The position numbers and the translations under genes were made by a program. A stretch of 64,000 bases of DNA, taken from contig CBDCDZ010000004.1 of assembly GCA_965215565.1 (NCBI GenBank), forward strand, positions 64,001 through 128,000, in the 5' to 3' direction. Numbering within the stretch: the first letter of the stretch is position 1; each line of letters begins with the position of its first letter. The DNA is from Trueperaceae bacterium (GTDB lineage: Bacteria > Deinococcota > Deinococci > Deinococcales > Trueperaceae). The notes beneath the pieces are model-generated. The model was given only the letters and a program-made list of their open reading frames with translations, ran no database searches and was not told where the DNA came from. This document shows, one piece after another, positions 9,947-20,393 of this stretch.

Positions 9947-10066
9947 TAAGGACCCTGTGATACGGCTTCCGTTTAATTTTAGCTACATTTCTCAGCCTCA
10001 ATCTACTCAGAAGATAGCGAGGTGGCGAAACTTAAAGCGCTCTACTGCGTGGTTAGCTAGGGTTCT

Positions 10067-11068
10067 ATGGTCAGCGCTTTAATGGGTTTCCTAGGTCTCG
10101 CCCTACTCGTGGTAACACTCTTCGATATCGTTAAAACGACGCTGGTCTTCACGCGCACAGGCGGACCAATCACACACCGCTTGTCGCGCACGCTCTGGCG
10201 GCTCTTTCACCGCCGCGCCCTCGAGCATAAGCGCACCGCCCGCTACCTCGGTCCGAGCATCTTACTGAGCATCGTCGTCACCTGGCTGCTTCTCTCCTGG
10301 CTGAGTTGGACGCTCATCTTCATGGCGTCACCAAACGCGGTTGTGAGCGCTCAGAGCATGGAACCCGCAAGCTTCGCGCAAAGGGCTTACTTCGCAGGCT
10401 TTAGCCTCTTCACCTTGGGGATAGGCGACTACATTCCTAAGGGTACCCTGTGGCAACTTTTGAGCGTGATCAGTTCGGCGCAAGGCTTCTTCGTCATTAC
10501 GCTAGCCATCACCTTCCTGACGCCTGTAATCTCCTCGGTGACGCAGCGGCGGCAGCTCGCGAGCCAACTGACCTTTATGGGCAAACGCGCTCAAGATATT
10601 CTCGTGCACGCTTGGAACGGTGGGGCTTTTGGCACGTTGGAGAGCCGCCTCCTCTCGCTCGCGCCGCTGCTCGTGCAGCTCGTGCAGCGGCACTTCTCCT
10701 ACCCCGTGTTGCACTTCTTCGTCGAGCGTGAAAGGCGCATCTCTATCGAGCCCGCTGTTGTGGCGCTCAATGAAGCGTTACTGCTTTTGGAGGTGGCGGT
10801 GAGCCCGGACGTGGGGGTTGACTATGCGGTGCTTGACGACGTGCGGCAGGCGATCGCGGCTTATTTGGATACATTAGAGGATGAACACCTCAAAGCGGCG
10901 GACGAGGTTCCGCCTGTGCCTTCGCCGGACCGCTTGAAAGAAGCGGGCATCCCCCTTGTTGAGGGTTACAAAGCTGCACTGGTCAACCACGAGCGACGCC
11001 GCAGACTGTTAGGGGCACTCCTCGCGCATAGCGGGCGGCGCTACGAACAAGTAGTCGTTACGAAATAG
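10067..11068 (+). CDS. Potassium-channel-family (Ion_trans_2-like) membrane protein
   Basis: TM helices and pore-loop-like YFAGFSLFTLGIGDY. Confidence 0.8.
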   Translation: MVSALMGFLGLALLVVTLFDIVKTTLVFTRTGGPITHRLSRTLWRLFHRRALEHKRTARYLGPSILLSIVVTWLLLSWLSWTLIFMASPNAVVSAQSMEPASFAQRAYFAGFSLFTLGIGDYIPKGTLWQLLSVISSAQGFFVITLAITFLTPVISSVTQRRQLASQLTFMGKRAQDILVHAWNGGAFGTLESRLLSLAPLLVQLVQRHFSYPVLHFFVERERRISIEPAVVALNEALLLLEVAVSPDVGVDYAVLDDVRQAIAAYLDTLEDEHLKAADEVPPVPSPDRLKEAGIPLVEGYKAALVNHERRRRLLGALLAHSGRRYEQVVVTK

Positions 11069-11390
11069 CTTTCGGCAGGTCCTTGCGCTGCTCCTCGTTA
11101 CGGCGCATACGCGCCTCGATCACGAACGGTCCGAACGGTAGCACGGCGGCGATGAACGCAGCCGCGAACCAGGTGAAGGGCCAGCGGTTGTCGAGCATGA
11201 GATGAAAAGCAGCTATGATGTAGAGGATGAAGAGCACTCCGTGTGCCATCCCGACGACCTCGACGACCTCCGGGATGCCTGCGAGGTATTTGAGGGGCAT
11301 AGCGACACCTAAGAGCACGAGAAAGGAAACGCCTTCGGTGAGGCTGAGAAGTCGGAAACGCGCTAAAGAGTTGTATATGAACCGTGTCAT
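11058..11390 (-). CDS. DUF3817 family membrane protein
   Basis: EGVSFLVLLGVAMPLKY...GMAHGVLFILY...LPFGPF pattern. Confidence 0.85.
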   Translation of the reverse strand: MTRFIYNSLARFRLLSLTEGVSFLVLLGVAMPLKYLAGIPEVVEVVGMAHGVLFILYIIAAFHLMLDNRWPFTWFAAAFIAAVLPFGPFVIEARMRRNEEQRKDLPKAIS

Positions 11391-11960
11391 CTCCTACAAG
11401 TTTATCGGCAGATGGCGCGAGCAAGCCAGGGACAAAACGCCCGTGCGGAGGTCGCCGAGCAGCTTTATACGGCTTTTACACGCGGAAGATATACCTGAAC
11501 GATGCCGAATAAGCCGAACATGACAACCGTGGGGTCGAGTAGCTCCGGGTTGGGACCAAAGTCGGACTCGCCCAGCTCGCTGATATAGAAGTCTTTGCCC
11601 TCTTCAGCGTTCCAGTCGCGTAAGGTTGCCCCAAATAGCTGCCGCGCGGCGCTGATGATTTGTTCGCGTGCGGCGTCTCTTTGCCCATCTTTGGCGAGCA
11701 CGTTAAGGGTGTCGCTGTCGCCACTATTCCTTCAACTCGCTCTCCGTGCTAGGTTATAGGTGTTGCTTGGGCTTCCTTGCTCTCGAGCTTCAGGGCATCC
11801 TTAGCCTTCCACTTCGTTGGGGAGAGGGTGACCCGGCGCAAAGGTAGAAATGCCTCATCAAGCTCTGCCGAGGCTACCTATTGTAGAACGACCTAATATT
11901 TTGTCGCTGGCTTGCCTCCTTTGCGCGAGGACGTACTTGGTCTAGGATGCTCAGCAAAAT

Positions 11961-12983
11961 AGACCCGTTCCCTAATAGAGGAAAAAGCTGCTAAGCTGAA
12001 GCGATGCTAGGGAAGGTAAGAGATGAACGGCAACTCAAAGCGCTGATAGGGATGTCGAAAGAGAAGTTTGCTGCTTTGGCAGCAGTGTTTGCGAAGATAT
12101 CTCAGGCTGAGCGGTAACAGGCTTATGAACAAGGACGCAAGCAGCGTAGGCCGGGCGGGGGACAGAAAGGCAAGCTGCCTAGCGCTGAGGCGAAGCTGTT
12201 TTTTGTGCTTTACTACTTCAAGAACTACCCGACGTTTGACGTGTTGGGGACGCACTTTGATGAACTAGGCCCAACGGGCCGGGCTTTGCCCGTTCTATAT
12301 GGCGCGTTCGAAAGCCTGTGAGAACGTGCATAAGCTGACGCCTTTGCTACACAAGACCTTAGCGGAGCTAGGCGTGTTGCCTGAGCGCGAGTTTGCTAAC
12401 GCTGAAGCGTTCAAAGCGGCATTAGCAGAAGCCGATATAGACCAGCTACTCGTTGATGTCACCGAGCGTCTGTGCCAGCGTCCGAGCGACGATGAGAAAC
12501 AGCGCGAGCACTATAGTGGTAAAAAAAGCGCCACACTCTGAAGAACACGCTGTTGTCGTCAGCGAGCAAAGCTATCCTTTTCGTCGGTCAGACCTTTGCA
12601 GGTAAAACGCACGACTAGACCATGTTCAAAAGCGAGTTCCCGCCTGAGCAAGCGTGGTTTGTCGGTACAGAGGTTCTACTTGACCTAGGTTACCAGGGTG
12701 TCCAGAGCGACTATCAGGGCGAGCATATCTCTATCCCTCACAAGAAACCGCGCAAGAGTAAGAAGAACCCTAACCCCCAACTGAGCCCTGAACAAAAGCG
12801 AGAAAACCGCGCCCTAGCTAAGCTCAGAGTCTTTATCGAACATGCGATAGGTGGTCTCAAGCGCTATCAAATCCTCGTTGCCCCTTACCGCAACCGTAAA
12901 GATGACTTCGAAGATGATGTGCTAGTCATTGCTGCTGGTCTATGGAACTTCTGGCTTCAATGAGACTATTGGGGAACAGGTCT
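11961..12983 (+). mobile_element. IS5-family (ISL2/IS702-like, DDE_Tnp_4) insertion sequence, inactivated
   Basis: Terminal IRs AGACCCGTTCCCTAATAG / CTATTGGGGAACAGGTCT (2 mismatches), AAT on both flanks; transposase from ATG 12004 with YSGKK/KRHTLK at A-AAA-AAG, DLGYQG and RVFIEHAIG. Lesions: TAA at 12115, 37-bp insert 12262-12298, TAG at ~12616. Confidence 0.9.
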
Positions 12984-12997
12984 AATGGTGATAAACC

Positions 12998-13222
12998 ATG
13001 ACAACTTAAACCCTCACCGCAAAAATCTCCGCCATACTCGGCGAACTGCCCCCCGAGCAGCAGCGCGAAGTTCTGGAATTCGCCCGCTCTCTAAAGCCTC
13101 AACCAAGAGGTGTGAAAGGTGCGTCGTTGCTCGCTTTTTCGGGCAGCATCGAACTTGATGAGCTTGTCCAGATGCAACAAGCTATTGAAGAAGGGTGCGA
13201 GCACACAGACGTTGATGAGTGA
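12998..13222 (+). pseudogene. Degenerate antitoxin (DUF2281-like)
   Basis: MTT*TLTAKISAILGELPPEQQREVLEFARSL...GSIELDELVQMQQAIEEGCEHTDVDE*; stop at codon 4; overlaps the PIN gene start. Confidence 0.6.
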
Positions 13223-13325
13223 TAGGGTTCTGCTCGACACCAATATCATCATCGCGCTCTTTGCTGGAAACGAAGAGGTCATCCGACAACTTGCAGAAGT
13301 AGAGGAAGTGTTCGTCTTCGTGTGA
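13215..13325 (+). pseudogene. vapC: Truncated PIN-domain toxin
   Basis: MSDRVLLDTNIIIALFAG PIN N-terminus; ends after 36 aa. Confidence 0.7.
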
Positions 13326-13446
13326 GCGCCTCTACTCGTCTTGCCGCTGTCCCGAACGCACTGCTTGATTCGAGTGAGGCGTATGGGCACAACCTTCAGG
13401 CGCTTCAGCTAGTGGTGTCCAATCCCTCACTGCTGTAAACTATCAA

Positions 13447-13462
13447 TGTGGTTCATTTCACA
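13447..13462. promoter_or_regulatory. CRP-family-like site upstream of S8 protease 1
   Basis: TGTGG-N6-TCACA. Confidence 0.4.
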
Positions 13463-13489
13463 TCTTGGTGGACACTATAAGGAGGTAAG

Positions 13490-16177
13490 GTGAAGCGTTT
13501 TCTTTCGGTCTTGATGACACTTTCTCTGATGATCTTAGCGGCGTGCGGCGGAGGTGGTCCTGAACCCATCGTCGCACCGCCGCCTCCGAACGGCGGCGGT
13601 GCGGGCTTCTCCGGTACGACCTTTGCACCGCCAGGAGGCGACGTTGCGAATACGGTGGTCATCGCGTGCTTCCTCGAGGCGAATCTGTGCAACAGCAACT
13701 CACCTAACACGGTCGGGGTGAACGTCACGGCGAGCGGCCTGGCGGCGACGTTTTCACTTCCCATCGTCGCGCCCGGCACGTATCATATCGTGGCGCTGCG
13801 AGACGCGAACGGCAACGGGACGTTCGGCGACGCGGGCGACTATCAGGGGTACTATACGCTAGACGGTCAGAGCCCTGCGCCGCTCTCACCGCCGCTCGGC
13901 GGCTTGAACGTCCAGATGAGCGTCCTCGGCGTCGCGCCTGCGCCGCCGGAGCCGCCCAGCGGCAGCGACCTCTCGGGCACGGTCACTGCGCCGCCCGGCG
14001 GCGACGTCACGCAGACGGAGGTGATCGCGTGCTTCCTCGAGGCGGGTCAGTGCAACGTGCAGTCACCCAACACGAAGGGCGCGGTGGTGGGTGCGGCGGG
14101 TAGCTTTACCTTGCCGGGTTTAGCAGCGGGTCAGTACATCGTCGTCGCGGCTAAAGATTTAGACGGCGACAATCAGCTTACGCCGGGGGACTACATCGGT
14201 TGCTACGGTGACTATCCGAACTGTGACACTGCAACGCCGCCACAAACGGGGCTGAATATCCAGCTAGGCGTCGAGGCGGGTGCACCTCCCGGTCCTGGTA
14301 CGGGCGGCACCGGCACGATTTCTGGGACAATAGTCTTTCCGGGAACGCTCGGCGGTGCGGCGTTCGGCACTTCGGGCGCACCTATACCCCAAGCGCTGTT
14401 AGACCGAGCGGCTCAGTTCGAGGTGCGTGATACTCCTACTTTTGCGACAGGTACTGAGTTTGTCCCTGGCGAGGTCATCGTCAAGTTTAAGCCTCGAGCG
14501 GCGGAGAGGGCGCAACTCGGCGCGCTCTCGGTGCAGGGGCTCAGCGTGCAGCGGACTCAGTCGCTCGGGGTGGAGCGCACGGCGCTCTACCGGGCTGAGG
14601 GGTTGGACGCGCGGGCTACCTTAGCGTTAGTCGCTACCCTTAACGCCCGCGCCGACGTCGCTTACGCCGAGCCGAACTACTTACAGTTCATCACCAAAAC
14701 GCCCGACGACGAGTTCTACCCCTTCCAGTGGCACTACGAAGCGATGAACCTGCCCGCCGCGTGGGACACCGAAGACGGCGCGGCAGGCGGCGTCACGGTT
14801 GCGGTCATTGATACGGGCTCCGTCGCCCACCCCGATTTGCAGGGCGCGCTGCTAAGCGGCTACGACTTCGTGTCGGACCCGCTCAATAGCGCCGACGGCG
14901 ACGGCTACGATCCTGACCCTACCGATTTGGGGGGAGACTCCTCGTATCACGGCTCGCACGTCGCGGGCACGGTTGCGGCGAGTACGAATAACGGCGGCGG
15001 CGTCGCTGGCGTGAGTTGGGGCGCGAACGTCGTGAGCGTGCGGGTGCTCGGCGTGACGGGGGGCGGCTCGCTCGCCGACATCGTCAACGGTATCTTATGG
15101 GCAGCGGGCGAAAGCGTACCTGGTGTGCCGCTCAACGCGAATCCGGCGGACGTCATCAACCTGAGTTTGGGCGGCGAAGCGCCCTGCTCGAGCAGCTACC
15201 AAGACGCCTTTGACCGGGCGAGGTCGAAAGGCGTCACCGTCATTGTTGCGGCGGGCAACGAAAATACGGACGCAGGTTTCAGTCAGCCCGCGAATTGTGA
15301 CGGGGTCATCACGGTAGGCGCAACCGGACCGCTAGGGACGCGCGCGCCCTATTCGAACTACGGCGCTACCGTCGACGTGATGGCTCCGGGCGGCGATAAG
15401 ACCCTGACCTTTGAGGTTCAGGGCGAGACGTTCCCTGCTGGCGTGCTGAGCACCGTCGCTGACGGCGCAGGTGGCTACGGCTACACCTTTCAGCAAGGCA
15501 CCTCGATGGCGTCGCCGCACGTGGCTGGGCTCGTTGCGCTCATGCTCGCGCAAGAGCCGGGCCTAGACCCGGACTCGGTGCTCGCGCGGCTACAAGCGAG
15601 CGCGCTGCCCCTCTCGGGTGAGGCGTGCGGTCAGCCTGACGGCTGCGGCGCGGGGCTCGTCGACGCGGCTGGGGCGTTAGGAGGGGCGGGCTCTGCGCCG
15701 CCCGTCGACTCGCCGCCCCCGGTGGGCAGCGCGACTACCTACGTCGCCGCGCTCTACTGCCTCGCTGGATGCAGTGACTTCGACGAAAGCCTCTCGGCAA
15801 TCGAAGCCGTCTCCGCCGACACGCTCCAGGTGCCCTATCGACTCGGCAACTTGGTGGCGGGCACCTACGTGGTGGCTGCCTGGCAAAACTTAGACGGCGA
15901 CGAAGAGGTCGACGAAGGCGAACCTTTCGGGCGGCACCTCAACAACCTCACGCTCGCCCCCGGCGCGGAGCTTGACCGGGCGGACATCTACCTGCAGCCC
16001 TTCACCTTACAAGCGCAGACGCTCGGCGCGTCTGATACCCTTTCCGCCGCGGTGAACGCCACGTTAGGGCGGCGCTCCGCACAGATCTTCTCGCCGCCAG
16101 CAGACCTCTTCACGCTGCGCTACACCGTGCCGAAAGGCGCGTTAGAAGGCGCGGAACGCTCGCTTAACACCGACTGA
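13490..16177 (+). CDS. S8 subtilisin-like serine protease lipoprotein with repeated Ig-like/Ca-binding modules
   Basis: Lipobox LAAC; triad VAVIDTG, HGSHVAG, GTSMASPH; repeated Cys-paired modules with DxNGN/DLDGD loops. Confidence 0.92.
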   Translation: MKRFLSVLMTLSLMILAACGGGGPEPIVAPPPPNGGGAGFSGTTFAPPGGDVANTVVIACFLEANLCNSNSPNTVGVNVTASGLAATFSLPIVAPGTYHIVALRDANGNGTFGDAGDYQGYYTLDGQSPAPLSPPLGGLNVQMSVLGVAPAPPEPPSGSDLSGTVTAPPGGDVTQTEVIACFLEAGQCNVQSPNTKGAVVGAAGSFTLPGLAAGQYIVVAAKDLDGDNQLTPGDYIGCYGDYPNCDTATPPQTGLNIQLGVEAGAPPGPGTGGTGTISGTIVFPGTLGGAAFGTSGAPIPQALLDRAAQFEVRDTPTFATGTEFVPGEVIVKFKPRAAERAQLGALSVQGLSVQRTQSLGVERTALYRAEGLDARATLALVATLNARADVAYAEPNYLQFITKTPDDEFYPFQWHYEAMNLPAAWDTEDGAAGGVTVAVIDTGSVAHPDLQGALLSGYDFVSDPLNSADGDGYDPDPTDLGGDSSYHGSHVAGTVAASTNNGGGVAGVSWGANVVSVRVLGVTGGGSLADIVNGILWAAGESVPGVPLNANPADVINLSLGGEAPCSSSYQDAFDRARSKGVTVIVAAGNENTDAGFSQPANCDGVITVGATGPLGTRAPYSNYGATVDVMAPGGDKTLTFEVQGETFPAGVLSTVADGAGGYGYTFQQGTSMASPHVAGLVALMLAQEPGLDPDSVLARLQASALPLSGEACGQPDGCGAGLVDAAGALGGAGSAPPVDSPPPVGSATTYVAALYCLAGCSDFDESLSAIEAVSADTLQVPYRLGNLVAGTYVVAAWQNLDGDEEVDEGEPFGRHLNNLTLAPGAELDRADIYLQPFTLQAQTLGASDTLSAAVNATLGRRSAQIFSPPADLFTLRYTVPKGALEGAERSLNTD

Positions 16178-16257
16178 CCTAAAGGTCGACTTGTGAGGTC
16201 CGGGTTGAAGTGAACACTTCAGCCTGGACCTCTTCTTTAGGGTACTTCTATGACTAC

Positions 16258-16600
16258 TATCAATTTCGCAGTATTATTGAGACAGATGGGCGCTTCTCCT
16301 GGAGGCGCGCTTTAGCCTGCGAAGCAAGGGCTTGCGCGTTAGCCACCGAAGTTACGCAAACAGTTGCGCAGTTTTCTATAGGGGAAGGTTTAGCAACGCC
16401 AAAGACCTCATTGCGCAGCGGTAGGGGAATTCCAAATGTGCATGACAGGTTTTGAAAGTCCATAGGGACGCAGTTTGCTACCTAGCAACACTGCTTTACA
16501 AGGTGAGGCTGGCTCAAACCAGATGAAATCCTGCTAGCTTTACGGCTGAGTGCGCGAAGCTTTTCCCGGAGGGTGACTTCGTTTACGAAGTCACCTGCTA
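16258..16600 (-). repeat. MITE-like repeat family B, diverged copy with internal inserts
   Basis: Shares TATTGAGACAG, GTTTGCT(A/G)CCTAGCAACA, ACCAGATGA and TACGAAGT(C/A)ACCTGCTA, in order, with 58639-58793. Confidence 0.65.
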
Positions 16601-16746
16601 TCAGAAGAATGGCGAATTGTGAAAGGTGCGTTCACCTAGCTCAAATATAGTGAGAGCGGACTATGTTACGCTAGACCTGCCTGCTGAGGCACCCGAAAAC
16701 TCGCGTTTATTCGTTTCATGGACTTTATCTCTACGCCCGCACGTTT

Positions 16747-17499
16747 ATGGAGGAGCCGTTGCCGTCGCTGGACAACTTTCGCTTATTTGACCTGCTCGAT
16801 ATTTTGATCATCGCGGTGCTCTTGTATCAGCTTTATAAACTGCTCATCGGCTCGAGGGCGTGGAACGTGCTGCGCGGCTTAGCTGCGCTTACCGGGCTCT
16901 GGTTTTTAGCGGCGCAACTCGACCTCACCGCGACGCAGTGGATGTTCGACAGGGCTGCGCCGGCTGCGTTCCTGGCAGTGGTGGTGGTGTTTCAGCCCGA
17001 GCTGCGTTCAGCGCTAGAGCGCGTGGGGCGCGGGCGCGGGGGGCGTTCGTCGAGCGGTGATCCGGTCCAGGAGATCATGTCGGCGGTGCGCGAACTCGCC
17101 ACGCAGCGGCGCGGCGCGCTCATCGCCATCGAGCGGCACACGCCCCTAGCCGAATACGGGCAGGTCGGCACGAAACTCGGCACGCCCGTTTCGTCGGCTC
17201 TCTTGCAAACTATTTTCGGCTCCAAAGGACCCTTGCACGACGGCGGCGTCATCATCAAAAACGACACCGTCACCTATGCGGGCGCGATCTTCCCCCTGTC
17301 AGACAAGCACGAGGGCTGGTCCGTCAAACACGGCACGCGCCACCGCGCCGCGATGGGGCTCTCTGAGGTCTCGGACGCCTTTACGATCGTCGTCAGCGAG
17401 GAGCGCGGCACGGTCAGCGTGGCGCGGCGCGGCGAACTGCAAGCGGACATTGCGCCAGCGGACGTCATCAAGCAGTTGCGGGAGGTCTACGGTGGCTAG
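16747..17499 (+). CDS. cdaA: Diadenylate cyclase CdaA
   Basis: Three N-terminal TM helices, VVFQPELRSALE, PLHDGG, GTRHRAA. Confidence 0.95.
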   Translation: MEEPLPSLDNFRLFDLLDILIIAVLLYQLYKLLIGSRAWNVLRGLAALTGLWFLAAQLDLTATQWMFDRAAPAAFLAVVVVFQPELRSALERVGRGRGGRSSSGDPVQEIMSAVRELATQRRGALIAIERHTPLAEYGQVGTKLGTPVSSALLQTIFGSKGPLHDGGVIIKNDTVTYAGAIFPLSDKHEGWSVKHGTRHRAAMGLSEVSDAFTIVVSEERGTVSVARRGELQADIAPADVIKQLREVYGG

Positions 17500-17601
17500 C
17501 GTCGCGGCGTCTAACGTCTGTCCAACTGCCGCTTCGGACTTGCGCGCGCCGACGTGTGAGAGGCTCACTGCGAAGAGCCGCGCTGAGGCAAGGGCGCTCA
17601 G

Positions 17602-18582
17602 GTGAGACCTTCGTTTCGCCTCGAGCCGAGACGCTGGCTGGATAAGTGGCCCTTCAAGTTGGCGGCTCTGCTGCTCGCGGTCCTGCTCTGGTTTTTCGTC
17701 CGCACCGACGAGAGCGTAACGGGGCAACGCACGCTTAACGTCCCCGTTACCGTCATAGGTCTGGATGATAGCGAGCTAGCTTCGGGTGTCCCCGAGCGCG
17801 TCGAGGTGACGCTCTACGGACCGAGCACGCGGGTGGACGCGCTGCGCCCGGAAGGGGTTGACGCCTTTCTCGATCTGCAAGACGTGTCGGGCGACTTCAA
17901 CGTACCCGTCAGCGTCTTTCCGCCGCAAGGACTGACCTCGGTGCGCGTCGCGCCCACCGAAGTGATCGGCACCGTGCAGCGCAGAACGAGCAAGCGTATA
18001 TTGGTGCGCCCCGCGCTCTACGGACCGAGGCCCACCAACGCGGTTATGCAGCCCCGTGCAACCCCGAGTGAGGTCACGGTGACGGGGCTAGGTGCGCAAG
18101 TCGAGCGCGTCCGGGCGGCGTTGGCACCCCTTACTCTGGAGCGCGACGCGGACGCGCCCGTGCGCCTCTACGCTGTAGACGCCGCCGGGCAGCCCGTCGA
18201 AGAGGTCAGGCTCGAGCCCAACCAAGCTCAGGTTCAGATAGACCGCGAGAACGTGCTCCACACCCGCCGCGCCCCCTTGGCCCTCACCCTGCCCGACGTG
18301 AGACCCCTGGAGGTCACCGCGCAGTCGCTCAGCCAACCCGACGTGCTCTTAGCCGGTCCGAAAGAGGTCTTGGACTCCCTGGAGCGCGTTCCCGCGTCGG
18401 TCAACCCTTCCTCCTCCGTGCCCCAAGCGAGAGAATATACCCAAACGCTGACGCTGCAACTCCCCGAAGGGGTGCGCGCGCTAGAAGCGCCGAGGCTCGA
18501 GCTGCAGCTCAGCCGACCGCAGAGCGAGGCGAGCACAGGGGGCGCTGAGAGTATGCCGCCTGGGTCTCAGTCGGAACCTTGA
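17602..18582 (+). CDS. cdaR: CdaR/YbbR-like regulator
   Basis: KLAALLLAVLLWFFV TM plus YbbR-type beta repeats, downstream of cdaA. Confidence 0.85.
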   Translation: MRPSFRLEPRRWLDKWPFKLAALLLAVLLWFFVRTDESVTGQRTLNVPVTVIGLDDSELASGVPERVEVTLYGPSTRVDALRPEGVDAFLDLQDVSGDFNVPVSVFPPQGLTSVRVAPTEVIGTVQRRTSKRILVRPALYGPRPTNAVMQPRATPSEVTVTGLGAQVERVRAALAPLTLERDADAPVRLYAVDAAGQPVEEVRLEPNQAQVQIDRENVLHTRRAPLALTLPDVRPLEVTAQSLSQPDVLLAGPKEVLDSLERVPASVNPSSSVPQAREYTQTLTLQLPEGVRALEAPRLELQLSRPQSEASTGGAESMPPGSQSEP

Positions 18583-18601
18583 TAAAGCAGAAGAAGCAAG
18601 A

Positions 18602-18658
18602 AGGGTAGTGGCGCTATTCGGAATGATGCAGAGGTTGGGGGTTGCAACCCCTTGTTCA
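18602..18658. repeat. REP-like palindrome (family D)
   Basis: AGGGTAGTGGC...GGGGTTGCAACCCCTTGTTCA, paralleled at 21724-21786. Confidence 0.6.
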
Positions 18659-18831
18659 TTGCGCGGAAACGTTCATCACACAGAAACGGCGCAAGACGTA
18701 CCCGTCAGCGTTCTATCTGAACCCACTACCGTAAGAAGAAAACATTCAAGCGCCTTACTTCCTGCTTCTTATCCCCCTTTGTCCGCAGCGCGCAGGAATG
18801 ACCCGCTCGCACCTGTTATAAATGGAGAACT

Positions 18832-19470
18832 ATGATCTACCCGATTCGCTACTACGGCGACCCGGTGCTGCGCAAAGTGGCTCGCCCGGTCACCTCTTTC
18901 GACGACGAGTTAGAAACCTTGAGCCGGGATATGTTGGAGACCATGTACGACGCTAACGGCGTCGGGCTCGCCGCGCCCCAGATTGGTCTCTCCAAGCGGC
19001 TCTTCGTCGCCTTGCAGATTGAACCCCTGGAGGACGAAGAACCTGACGACGCGGACGACCTCTCGACTTTATCCCCCGAGGAGAAGCGCAAGCGCTGGGG
19101 CGTCGTCGCCGAGCACGTGATGGTCAACCCGGAGATCACGCGGCGCAGCGGCGAGCAGTTCGCCCAGGACGGCTGCCTCAGCGTGCCGGGGCTTTTCGTG
19201 GGCGAGATGAGGCGCGACGAAGAGGTCACGGTGCGCTTCCAGGACGTGACGGGCGAAGCGCGTGAGCTAGCTGCAGAGGGGCACTTCGCCCACGTCATCC
19301 AGCACGAGTTAGACCACTTAGACGGCGTGCTCTTCTTCGACAGGTTGCCCGAAGAGGAACGGCGACGCTTCATGAACGAGCACCGCAAAGAACTCGCCGA
19401 GATGCAGCGCGAGGCGAAAGCGCTGCTCAAGCAGTTCAAGGACAACCCGCCGCTAGCGAGGGTGACGTGA
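18832..19470 (+). CDS. def: Peptide deformylase
   Basis: GVGLAAPQIG, DGCLS (canonical EGCLS), QHELDHLDG. Confidence 0.95.
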   Translation: MIYPIRYYGDPVLRKVARPVTSFDDELETLSRDMLETMYDANGVGLAAPQIGLSKRLFVALQIEPLEDEEPDDADDLSTLSPEEKRKRWGVVAEHVMVNPEITRRSGEQFAQDGCLSVPGLFVGEMRRDEEVTVRFQDVTGEARELAAEGHFAHVIQHELDHLDGVLFFDRLPEEERRRFMNEHRKELAEMQREAKALLKQFKDNPPLARVT

Positions 19471-20393
19471 TGCGGGTGGCGCTTTTTGGCTCACCGAGCT
19501 TTGCCCTCCCTACCCTGGAGGTGCTCCGCCAAGACCATGAACTCGCCCTAGTCGTGACCCAGCCCGACAAACCTGCGGGGCGCGGCAACAAGCTGACCTC
19601 GCCGCCTGTCGCGGAGCGCGCGAAAGAGCTGGGTGTAAGGCTCGAGCAGCCCGCTAAACTCAAGAGAAACGAGGCGTTTTTAGGGCTTATCCAGTCGCTC
19701 GACCTAGACGTCGCTATCACTGCTGCCTACGGTAAGATTCTGCCGCGGGCGCTGCTCGAGGTTCCCAAGCACGGCTTTCTGAACGTTCACGCGAGCCTCT
19801 TGCCCCACTACCGGGGCGCTGCGCCGATTCAGTGGGCGCTCATCAACGGCGAAAAGGAGACGGGTGTGAGCGTGATGCAGACTGAAGCGGGGCTCGATAC
19901 GGGTCCGGTTGGACACGTCAAGAGAATAGATATTGAGCCTCATGACACCGCCCTGACCCTCTTCGACAAGCTCTCCCTCGTAGGGTCCGAAGCGGTGAAA
20001 GAGGCGTTGGAGAAGTTAGCGAGAGGTGAGCTTCCTTGTGAGCCGCAGGATGACGAAGCGGCAACCTTCGCGCCCCTTCTAACCAAAGGCGACGGCGAAA
20101 TCCGCTGGCGCGGCGCGGCGGAAGAGGTCTACAACCGCTTTCGCGGCGTTCTCGCTTGGCCTGGTACCTGGACGACGTACGGGGGCAAGACGCTCAAAGT
20201 GCACGCCTTAGCGGTGCGAGAAGGTGAAGGCGAGGCGGGCGAAGTGCTCTCGGTGAACGCGGACGGCATCTTAGTCGCAATGGGTACGGGCGCAGTGTTG
20301 CTCAAAAAGGTGCAGCCGCCCAACAAGCCCAAGATGGACGCTTTCGACTTCGCTAACGGCTACGGCGTGAAGGCGGGGCAGTCCCTTGGCTAG
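19470..20393 (+). CDS. fmt: Methionyl-tRNA formyltransferase
   Basis: VVTQPDKPAGRG, NVHASLLPHYRGAAPIQW; coupled to def. Confidence 0.97.
   Translation: MRVALFGSPSFALPTLEVLRQDHELALVVTQPDKPAGRGNKLTSPPVAERAKELGVRLEQPAKLKRNEAFLGLIQSLDLDVAITAAYGKILPRALLEVPKHGFLNVHASLLPHYRGAAPIQWALINGEKETGVSVMQTEAGLDTGPVGHVKRIDIEPHDTALTLFDKLSLVGSEAVKEALEKLARGELPCEPQDDEAATFAPLLTKGDGEIRWRGAAEEVYNRFRGVLAWPGTWTTYGGKTLKVHALAVREGEGEAGEVLSVNADGILVAMGTGAVLLKKVQPPNKPKMDAFDFANGYGVKAGQSLG

Noticed and set aside
11465..11724. Short ORFs next to the IS
   Set aside because: Possibly a gene remnant, but no clear start signal or family motif.
12520..12545. Transposase frameshift at A-AAA-AAG as damage or novelty
   Set aside because: It is a standard programmed -1 slippery site for this IS group.
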